Assembly: GCA_965248925.1 (NCBI GenBank)
Contig: CBDFLE010000006.1
Span: 1,984,001-2,048,000, forward strand
DNA length: 64,000 nucleotides
Source: Candidatus Multivoradales bacterium
GTDB taxonomy: Bacteria; Acidobacteriota; Thermoanaerobaculia; Multivoradales; J023
Direction: 5' to 3'
Below, piece by piece: positions 28,836-36,286 of this stretch (its first letter is position 1; the number at the start of each line of letters is the position of its first letter). The position numbers and the translations under genes are program-made. A model generated the notes under the pieces. The model did not search any database and was not told the origin of the DNA. It was given only the letters and a program-made list of their open reading frames with translations.

Positions 28836-30257
28836 ATGAAGAAGAATGAACTCGACAAGATCGGCATCCCCCAGGGCCCAGTGCGGGCCGGTGTTGCCAA
28901 ATTCGCTCGCCAGCAGGCTGCCAGAGGCGTGGCCTCGGCCACCATCCGTCAGCAACTCGAACAGGTTGTCGCCCAGCCGGATCAATTCCTTGGCCAACAG
29001 CCCTTGGGCGAGTTGGCCAGCGCACTGCTGGCGCCAGCTGCGAGGCCCCAATTCAAGGGCCAATCGCCACCGGCACCGTTCAAGCAGTGGGGAGCCGATC
29101 TCGACGAAGCATCGCTCGATCAGCTGCGCAACGCCTGTCAGCTGCCGATCGCGGTCCGCGGCGCGATCATGCCCGACGCCCACCGCGGCTACGGCTTGCC
29201 GATCGGTGGCGTGCTGGCCACTCGCGCCGCGGTGATTCCTTACGCGGTAGGGGTCGACATTGCTTGCCGGATGAAACTCACCGTGCTCGACCTCCCAGTC
29301 TCCGCCCTCGACGAGCAAGAAGATCGGTTGATCCAGGCGATCGAGAGCGAAACCCGCTTCGGGATCGGCTCCAAGTTCAAGGCTCGCCGCCAGCACCCGG
29401 TGCTGGACCGGGACTGGTCGATCACCCGCCTGACCCGCAACCTCAAAGACAAAGCCTGGTCACAGTTGGGCTCGAGCGGTAGCGGCAACCACTTCGTCGA
29501 ATTCGGCGTTCTGGAAGCAACACTCGACAACCAAGCACAGGCCGTCGGCCCCGAACTAGGCTTAGAAGCAGGCCGCCGGTACCTGGCCCTACTCAGCCAC
29601 AGTGGCAGCCGCGGCGCAGGCGCCACGGTGGCGGCCCACTACTGCAAGCTAGCGCAACAGCAACATCCCGAACTACCGCGCCAGCTCAAGCATCTCGCCT
29701 GGTTGGACCTCGACTCGCAAGAGGGCGAGGAATACTGGCAAGCGATGAGCCTGATGGGTCACTACGCCGCCGCCAATCACGCTTGCATCCACCGCCACAT
29801 CGCCAGCAACCTGGGCGTGGAAGTGCTCCTCGATGTAGAGAATCACCACAACTTCGCATGGAAAGAGACCCACGACGGCGAAGAGGTCGTGGTGCACCGC
29901 AAAGGCGCCACCCCGGCCGGCAAAGGCGTGTTGGGAGTGATTCCGGGCTCGATGGCCGACAACGCCTACATCGTGCGCGGCAAAGACGGCACGGGTTCCC
30001 TCTCCTCGGCCAGCCACGGCGCCGGCCGGGTGATGAGCCGTACCCAGGCCAAGAAGAAGCTGAACTGGGAACAGGCCAACCAGCTCCTGCGGCGCAAGAA
30101 AGTCAAGCTGCTATCGGCCGGCATCGACGAAGTGCCGATGGTCTACAAGAACATCGAGACCGTGATGAGCGAACAACGAGACCTGGTGCAGCCCCTGGCC
30201 CGCTTCGCCCCGCGACTGGTAAAAATGGCCCCGGCCGGCGAGCGACCCGAAGGCTGA
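28836..30257 (+). CDS. rtcB: RtcB-family RNA ligase
   Basis: MPDAHRGYGLPIGG, VGVDIAC, GSGNHFVE, HSGSRG, HHNFAW, HRKGATP, SHGAGR. Confidence 0.93.
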   Translation: MKKNELDKIGIPQGPVRAGVAKFARQQAARGVASATIRQQLEQVVAQPDQFLGQQPLGELASALLAPAARPQFKGQSPPAPFKQWGADLDEASLDQLRNACQLPIAVRGAIMPDAHRGYGLPIGGVLATRAAVIPYAVGVDIACRMKLTVLDLPVSALDEQEDRLIQAIESETRFGIGSKFKARRQHPVLDRDWSITRLTRNLKDKAWSQLGSSGSGNHFVEFGVLEATLDNQAQAVGPELGLEAGRRYLALLSHSGSRGAGATVAAHYCKLAQQQHPELPRQLKHLAWLDLDSQEGEEYWQAMSLMGHYAAANHACIHRHIASNLGVEVLLDVENHHNFAWKETHDGEEVVVHRKGATPAGKGVLGVIPGSMADNAYIVRGKDGTGSLSSASHGAGRVMSRTQAKKKLNWEQANQLLRRKKVKLLSAGIDEVPMVYKNIETVMSEQRDLVQPLARFAPRLVKMAPAGERPEG

Positions 30258-30266
30258 GAGCCTCTT

Positions 30267-30287
30267 CGTCCGGCCCCCAGCCGGACG
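30267..30287 (+). terminator. Hairpin after rtcB
   Basis: CGTCCGGC-CCCCA-GCCGGACG followed by TTAT. Confidence 0.45.
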
Positions 30288-30302
30288 TTATCTCTGAGGG
30301 AT

Positions 30303-30463
30303 ATCGGGTGGATCTGGATGGCTGCCCACCCAGGCCCTCCACAGATCCGGAAGTGCGAGTTTCCCGCATCCGGCTCCTCGAAACATAGATTCACTACGTG
30401 CATAGCGGTGGAGGATCCGGGCCTCTGGGAGAGGATAACGTTCGCTCAAGCGTTTGAACTTCC
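30303..30463 (-). mobile_element. Group II intron 3' remnant (RT/maturase C-terminus, domain V, domain VI)
   Basis: DV GAGGAGCCGGATGCGGGAAACTCGCACTTCCGGATCTGTG (AGC triad, 30379-30340), DVI ending CACCCGAT, preceded by KFKRLSERYPLPEARILHRY. Confidence 0.85.
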
Positions 30464-30569
30464 CCTATGTGCCAAGGTAAGTGAGACACTCAAGTAGCGA
30501 GAAACTAGTGAGGGCGTGGAGAGCCTCGCTCGGCTGGCAGAGCGTAGGTCATAACGTGCACCGATAGTC

Positions 30570-30743
30570 CTAGGGCTCGATACGATGCGAGCAGCGACAG
30601 GGGTTGTCTTGCCCACCGACCGGCGCCAACTGACACGATTCGGTTGCCGCGACCGCCGCCTCCACCACCGGTATACAGGATCTTGCCACCAGCCAAACAC
30701 ATCCCAGCGCTGCCACTAGCAACAGCGACCGCAAGAGCTTCAT
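30570..30743 (-). pseudogene. Truncated secreted-protein gene downstream of the cytochrome c
   Basis: ATGA overlap with the cytochrome stop. Signal-peptide-like MKLLRSLLLVAALGCVWLVA; stops after 57 aa. Confidence 0.45.
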
Positions 30744-32416
30744 CGGCTCACTTCCTGGGCAACAACCCGCCCATCGCTAGCGATCCGAGAGCGGCGCTCG
30801 ACCGCGAAACCTGGCAAGCGAATCACCGGTCGTGACTCGGGCGACAGGGAGAGGATGTAGGCCACCAGACTCCATCGATCATTCTGTTCCGGAAGCGCGC
30901 TGTCGAATGCCGGCATCGGCGTACCGTTGAAGCCTGCCACCAGGGTCCGGTAGACATCCTCGGGCTCGTGGCCATTGCGAAACACCCACTTGTTGGTCAG
31001 GTTGATCAACCGAATCGGCTGTCCCCAACTATCTTCGAGAGTAGCCGCGGAAGGCCCGTCCCCCAACCCACCATCGCCGTGACACAGTGCGCATTGAATA
31101 TCGGTGTAGATCTCCATGCCGCGGGCAACCAAGATCTCCAGATCCGCTGGCGGCGGCGGCACCTCGATCGTCCGCGGCCCAGCGCCACTCCTCAGCTGGT
31201 CGCGGAAATCCTCCGAGAAGACGATCAAGTAGCTCGACACATCGCGAATCTGATCGGCGGTGAGAAACTGCCCCCAGGCCGGCATCGTGGTGCCTGGAAC
31301 TCCCTCGCGAACCACCCGTTCGATGTCCTTCAGCAGTGGCAACTCGCCGTTTGCGGTCGTCCGGAATTTGTAGACCCCGCCGGTGAAATCACGCGGCTTG
31401 ACATCGAAACCGGCCGCCAAGAATCCTTGGCCGTCGCCCTGAATGCCGTGGCAAACAGCACATTGTTGGAGATAGATCTGCTGCCCGCGGCGCATCGACT
31501 CAGCCGCTGGCAGATCCTCCGCAACCGCGACCGGCGGCGGGTTGGGATCGTACTTCTGGCCTGGCCGCGAAGCCGTTCCCGGCTCGAGATAGCGAATCGC
31601 CTCGAGTGAAATCTTAGGCGGCTGCTGGCGGGCCCAGTTGCCCTCGGCAGCGAAACCCTGCCCGAGCATGTCGTACAGCTTGAAGAAGTCGACCGCCCGG
31701 CAATCGGTCAGTACCTCCCTGAGTTCATGGTAGTAGCGTTCGAAGGAGTAGCTGAACGACACTCCCTGACCACCCAGCAAGTGGATCAGGCCAGTGGCCG
31801 AGTCGACTACCGCTTCTTGGTGGAAAAGGTACCGATAGTAGGGGCTAGTAGGACCACCAATATGCTCCAGAAACTCCACCCAGGGGACCGGAGAGGCAGG
31901 ATCGATGTCCACCAAACGATCCTTGACATTGACCCCGTACACCCCACCATAGGCCTCGAAGAAGTCCGGGAACATGGTGTCCATCCAGCGGTGCTCACCG
32001 ATCACGTGGCCGATGGTGAAGCCAAAGCTGGCCAGGGTATTGCGTTCCCAATGCGAGCCCGGGGCCCAGTAGAAAATCACCCCACCCTGCGGTCCGTCCC
32101 AGCCAGTGCCGCCGTACTGCTCAACCTGGTGCTCGGCGATCTTGTTGTTGAGCGCCCAGAAGACGAAGTCGAGCCAGCGGACGTCGCCGGGCACCAGGGT
32201 GAGGTCCTGATCACTGAGCTCGGCGGTCGGATTGTAGGAGGTGCGAATGCCGGTGCAGGCATCGGCCCACTGGCTTGCGGTCCAGGCCTGAGGGCTCAGA
32301 TGGTCTTTGTTTGAACGCCCCTCTCCAGCGCCCGACCCGTAGGCCCAGTAGGCAGCCAACAATCCTCCAGCAGTAGCCAAGAGGCCTAGAAACCAGAATG
32401 AGCTTCGATCCTTCAT
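30740..32416 (-). CDS. Membrane-anchored di-heme cytochrome c with large unknown N-terminal domain
   Basis: CAVCH and CALCH motifs, KPRDFTGGVYKFRTT, GTTMPAW, GTPMPAF. Confidence 0.88.
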   Translation of the reverse strand: MKDRSSFWFLGLLATAGGLLAAYWAYGSGAGEGRSNKDHLSPQAWTASQWADACTGIRTSYNPTAELSDQDLTLVPGDVRWLDFVFWALNNKIAEHQVEQYGGTGWDGPQGGVIFYWAPGSHWERNTLASFGFTIGHVIGEHRWMDTMFPDFFEAYGGVYGVNVKDRLVDIDPASPVPWVEFLEHIGGPTSPYYRYLFHQEAVVDSATGLIHLLGGQGVSFSYSFERYYHELREVLTDCRAVDFFKLYDMLGQGFAAEGNWARQQPPKISLEAIRYLEPGTASRPGQKYDPNPPPVAVAEDLPAAESMRRGQQIYLQQCAVCHGIQGDGQGFLAAGFDVKPRDFTGGVYKFRTTANGELPLLKDIERVVREGVPGTTMPAWGQFLTADQIRDVSSYLIVFSEDFRDQLRSGAGPRTIEVPPPPADLEILVARGMEIYTDIQCALCHGDGGLGDGPSAATLEDSWGQPIRLINLTNKWVFRNGHEPEDVYRTLVAGFNGTPMPAFDSALPEQNDRWSLVAYILSLSPESRPVIRLPGFAVERRSRIASDGRVVAQEVSR

Positions 32417-32428
32417 GGTCCAATCTCC

Positions 32429-32447
32429 GATAAAAGGGTCTTTTATC
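32429..32447. promoter_or_regulatory. Perfect 8-3-8 inverted repeat; candidate Rrf2 operator
   Basis: GATAAAAG-GGT-CTTTTATC in the divergent cytochrome/Rrf2 intergenic region. Confidence 0.5.
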
Positions 32448-32551
32448 CATAATAGATCCCCCCATTGTGGACGTCAAGGTCTAGATTTGTTAGATTGTGA
32501 TTCTGCGAACTCGCAGAACTTTTCACAGAGCGTCGAACGAGGAACCCTGCA

Positions 32552-33007
32552 ATGTTCTCGCAAACTGCGGAATACGCCATCAGAGCGATCGTTTGGCTGG
32601 CCGACCGCACCGACCTCAAGCCGCTAGGAGTCCAGCCCATCGCCAACGGCACTCAGGTGCCGCCGAGCTATTTGCCAAAAGTGCTGCAAGGGCTCTCGCG
32701 GGCCGGTTTGGTGGCCTCTCGGCGGGGTGTTGGGGGTGGCTATCATCTGACTCGCGCTCCGGAGCAGGTCACTGTTCTGGAAGTGATCAACGCGGTCGAC
32801 CCGATCCGCCGGATCGAAGGCTGTCCGTTGGGGCTGGCCGATCACCGCGAGCGCCTGTGTGCGATGCACGCACGTCTCGACCACACAGTCGCCTTGGTCG
32901 AAGAAGCGCTGCGCGGCTCGACCATTGCGGATCTCTTGGCGACCACGGACCGACCCCAGCCGATGAAAGAGGATCAGCACCGCCGCGTCCTACCGGTCGT
33001 GAGCTAG
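32552..33007 (+). CDS. Rrf2-family transcriptional regulator
   Basis: MFSQTAEYAIRA, YLPKVLQGL, SRRGVGGGY, CPLGLADH...LCAMH. Confidence 0.93.
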   Translation: MFSQTAEYAIRAIVWLADRTDLKPLGVQPIANGTQVPPSYLPKVLQGLSRAGLVASRRGVGGGYHLTRAPEQVTVLEVINAVDPIRRIEGCPLGLADHRERLCAMHARLDHTVALVEEALRGSTIADLLATTDRPQPMKEDQHRRVLPVVS

Positions 33008-33159
33008 GAACTTGTTGCGCAAAGCCGCAGGATGGCTGGCGGAGCGCCGCGGGGGCCTCGGAGCGCATCAAGCTCCTAGTCGCCGTCCAGAAACGTGTTT
33101 GGGGTTGCCAGGCTTGGGGGGACTTGCGGGCGGTATTAGTGGCTGCGGGAAAGCGTAGG

Positions 33160-33387
33160 TAGTGCCTCCTCGCCCAGCGCTGCGACGCCTCGTATGCGAT
33201 TCGTATTCCTCGGGCCGGGAGTTTGCTTACAGCTTCCTTCAGATTCCACCTCGCAGTGGGCACCCTTGCTGTTCGGCTAGAGGGTCCCGTCATCAAGGCC
33301 CTCGGGGGACTCTCACCCCCCTAGTCACTTCCCGGATCGGTTTCCCTCTTCTCGGTTACCAACACCAGGGCACCAGCCCTGGCGCAC
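33160..33387 (-). mobile_element. Group IIC intron 5' remnant (domain I)
   Basis: Begins GTGCG at 33387, a few nt after a terminator stem. Contains GGGGTGAGAGTCCCC and GCAAGGGTG...GGAATCTGAAGGAAGC...GCAAACTCCCGGCCCGAGGAATACGAA, typical of IIC domain I. No RT ORF follows. Confidence 0.85.
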
Positions 33388-33394
33388 AAGCAAG

Positions 33395-33424
33395 AAGGGG
33401 TACGTCTCAAGCGACGTACCCCTT
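33395..33424 (-). terminator. Rho-independent terminator of the protease gene, used as the IIC intron target
   Basis: AAGGGGTACGTC-N6-GACGTACCCCTT followed by CTTGCTT. Confidence 0.85.
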
Positions 33425-33450
33425 TCTGTTTCAGCTGGAAAGTGCGCTAC

Positions 33451-36126
33451 CTAGCGGCGGCGTACCAACCAGATCCCGGCACCCATCATCGCCAGCAACA
33501 TCAACAGCATGCCGAGGTGATCGAGGGTCGGGATCTCCAGCGGGTTGCCACCCCGAACCGAAGCGGACGAGGTGTCATTGTTGCCCACCGGATCGATGCC
33601 GGCACCGCTGACCGTGACCACGTTGACGATATCGGCCGGGCCCATCGGGTCGATCATGAAGTCGACCGTACACAGCGCATTGCCACCGAGCAGCAGGGTG
33701 CCGATGTTCCAGGTCAAAATGCCGCCCGCCGGCGGTCCCGCGCCACAGTCATCTGACACGTAGATCAGACCGGCTGGGATCGGATCAGCCACGGTGACGC
33801 CGCTGGCGGTGTCGGGACCGTTGTTGATCACCGACAGATCACAGCTCGCCGTGGTGTCGGTGGCGCTACAGGTCTTGAGGATCGCCAGATCGGCGTCGCC
33901 AGCTGGCGCACAAACCTCGCAGGAACCGCTGATCGGCGGATCAGTGATCAGCTCCCAATCGGTGATCTGACCGGTGTCGGCACCAGCGTTGTCGCTCACC
34001 GTCAAGGTCCAGGTACCGGCGGTCATCTCGCCATCGAAGGCGGTCAGCGGACTGACCGGCGGTCCGGGGCCGTCGAGCCAAGGATCGCTACCAGCACAGA
34101 GGTTCTCCAGATCACCCGCTGATTCGTCGTCGAAAGTGACGTTCATGTTGTTGTCGCCACAGCCGAACATAGAAGCTGGCACACCCGGACGATCCAGCAG
34201 GGTGACGGTGGTGCCCATCGGGCTAGTCAGGGTGATAAAGATGTCGCCGACGAAGGTGTGAGTGATGTTCACCCGCACATCGAGATCGGCCAGGGTGACG
34301 TTGTCACCAACCATCAGCACGCTGGTAGCGCCAGCTGGATCGTCGTCGGGAATCGCCACCGGCGTGTCGGGCACCAACGGCGCACCGATTACCTCAGAGA
34401 AGGCGCCGGCAAACGGGCCGCCTTCGTTGGCGTTGATGGTGAGGTCGAAGTCAATATCGCTCAGGCAGAGACCGACGTCCGGATCAATCATCACCGTGAA
34501 GGGGGTGTTCGACGCCGTATCGACTCCCGAGGTCAGGTCGGCCCAAGTGGAGGAGTTCACCACCACGGTCACGCCCGCGGTCGCGGTCGACAAGGTGCCG
34601 GTGATCCCGGTGAAGGTGCCGGTGGAGCGCACTGTGACGGTGATCGCGATCTCTTCGCCTGGCTCCCAAAAGCCGTCGCCGCCAGCCAAGAAAACAACGC
34701 CGCCATCGCTGGCGCAGCTGTCGACACCGCTGTTGGAGACATAGAAGATAGCCGGCGACGGGTCTCCACCCAGGGTGGTCATCGCACCGGTGTTCCCCGG
34801 ATCGAGGTGATCACGCAAGCGACTGGTGGCGCTGCCGCCGTCCCAGGCGACCTCGAAGCGACCATAGCAATCGAATTGGTCGTTGCCGCAGGCCGCCAAA
34901 CCACCGGAGAGAAAGCCGATCAGCAAGCCGTTGTCAGGGTTCCAAAGACCCGAGCCCGACGAGCCCGGCTCGGTGGTGCCGTCGTCCCAGTCATTCACCC
35001 GCCAGTGGGTGTCGGTGCTGGTGGCGATACAGCTGTCCTGGGTGGTCAGCGGATCGTTCTCGAAGCTGATCGCTTTCTCGTCGAGGTTGGGATGGTGGAT
35101 GCCCACCGCGCCGCCGGCCGGAATATTGCCACTGCGGTCCCAGCCGGTGTAGAACACCGCCGAGGAAGGACTGGGCGCGTTGTCGAGTTCGGCCAGGGAC
35201 ATGTCGACATCCTGGCGCGAGGCCAGGAAGGTGGCGCCGGTCTGATTGTCGCTCGGATCACCACCGGAGAGGTCGCCGCAATTGGCCGACTCGTAATTCC
35301 AAAAAACCACCATCGAAGCCGCGTTGCCGGCCGACACGCCACAGTGGAAGGCGGTGAGGAAGAAGTTGCGGAAGGTGCCCGGCACGTCGGCGATCATCTG
35401 CCCGGAGCAGGTGCCGATGCCGTTCAAGCTGTACCAGCCGGCGCTGCGGATCTGGTCACGCCAGCCATCGCCCACGGGGCAAACCACGTCGTTATTGCAG
35501 GTGCCCTGTTTGGGGTTGATGTCAGGCTGCCGCTTGAAGATGTCGCGGTAGCCGCTGGCCACCTGGGTGAGTTCCAACTCAAGGGCATGCTTGGTGACGG
35601 CCGGCAGATGGACCTCGATGAAAGCGCTCCCACCGGGCACGATCGGCGTCCACAGCTCGCCGTGTGCTTTGTTGTCTTCGGCGGTGTAGGGCCCTTCGTA
35701 GTAGTCCTCGCTCTCGGCCACGATCCACAGCTTGCCACCGACGGGCATGCCAAAGGTGGTGAAGGCGAAGTTGAGATCGGTGGCTCCCGGCGAGTCGAAA
35801 CGCAGGCGCCACAGGCGGCTGCCATCGGCCAGAGTCTCCCAGACACCAGCATTCTTGGTGCTGATCGCCACCGGCGCCGCGATAGCGAAGCGCAACGGCC
35901 CGACGATGCTGGCCTTGCGGGCGGCGGCGTCTTCGGCCAAGAGCGCCTTCGAATCAACCGCCGGCAGGCTCACCACCGGAATTTCCTCAAGGGCTTTGGC
36001 AGCCAGGTTGCGGCTCACCGGCGCTTCGCCCTGGCGGGCCAGGACGCTGCCGGAGAAGCACAGCAGAACAAGCACCGCCACAGCAAGAACGGCTAAGGGC
36101 TTCGGACGTGAGACAGCTGGGATCAT
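33451..36126 (-). CDS. Secreted trypsin-like (lysyl endopeptidase type) serine protease with P-proprotein domain, DUF11-like domain and IPTL-CTERM anchor
   Basis: LTAFHC, GSSGSG, ITHTFVGDI P-domain, ADLAILK...NNGPDTA, EIPTL + TM + RRR. Confidence 0.88.
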   Translation of the reverse strand: MIPAVSRPKPLAVLAVAVLVLLCFSGSVLARQGEAPVSRNLAAKALEEIPVVSLPAVDSKALLAEDAAARKASIVGPLRFAIAAPVAISTKNAGVWETLADGSRLWRLRFDSPGATDLNFAFTTFGMPVGGKLWIVAESEDYYEGPYTAEDNKAHGELWTPIVPGGSAFIEVHLPAVTKHALELELTQVASGYRDIFKRQPDINPKQGTCNNDVVCPVGDGWRDQIRSAGWYSLNGIGTCSGQMIADVPGTFRNFFLTAFHCGVSAGNAASMVVFWNYESANCGDLSGGDPSDNQTGATFLASRQDVDMSLAELDNAPSPSSAVFYTGWDRSGNIPAGGAVGIHHPNLDEKAISFENDPLTTQDSCIATSTDTHWRVNDWDDGTTEPGSSGSGLWNPDNGLLIGFLSGGLAACGNDQFDCYGRFEVAWDGGSATSRLRDHLDPGNTGAMTTLGGDPSPAIFYVSNSGVDSCASDGGVVFLAGGDGFWEPGEEIAITVTVRSTGTFTGITGTLSTATAGVTVVVNSSTWADLTSGVDTASNTPFTVMIDPDVGLCLSDIDFDLTINANEGGPFAGAFSEVIGAPLVPDTPVAIPDDDPAGATSVLMVGDNVTLADLDVRVNITHTFVGDIFITLTSPMGTTVTLLDRPGVPASMFGCGDNNMNVTFDDESAGDLENLCAGSDPWLDGPGPPVSPLTAFDGEMTAGTWTLTVSDNAGADTGQITDWELITDPPISGSCEVCAPAGDADLAILKTCSATDTTASCDLSVINNGPDTASGVTVADPIPAGLIYVSDDCGAGPPAGGILTWNIGTLLLGGNALCTVDFMIDPMGPADIVNVVTVSGAGIDPVGNNDTSSASVRGGNPLEIPTLDHLGMLLMLLAMMGAGIWLVRRR

Positions 36127-36238
36127 GTCGACTCCTCGATCATAGATTGGGGACAGGGAGATAGGGGAAAACCTCGCAGCGTCGAAGCTGCAAAACCAGC
36201 CGGGCAGAACTCGGCGAAAAACTCGAATTTCGAAGCGA

Positions 36239-36262
36239 GGTTAACACAGTGGTTAACACAGT
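36239..36262. repeat. 12-bp tandem duplication in the intergenic region
   Basis: GGTTAACACAGT x2. Confidence 0.8.
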
Positions 36263-36264
36263 GG

Positions 36265-36282
36265 AAAAGGTCCCGAAAGACC
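36265..36282 (-). terminator. Small terminator-like hairpin
   Basis: GGTCT-TTCG-GGACC-TTTT immediately after the stop of the 36287 gene. Confidence 0.5.
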
Positions 36283-36286
36283 GGGC

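Noticed and set aside
30446-30700. ORF with WWRRRSRQPNRVSW resembling a maturase tail
   Set aside because: It is not contiguous with the RYPLP remnant, and the same DNA reads better as a coupled signal-peptide gene in another frame.
34258-36096. Long antisense ORFs (612 aa here; also 26450..27397, 50223..51458, 57417..58496, 22681..23748)
   Set aside because: Shadow frames of well-supported genes in high-GC DNA, with no recognisable motifs.
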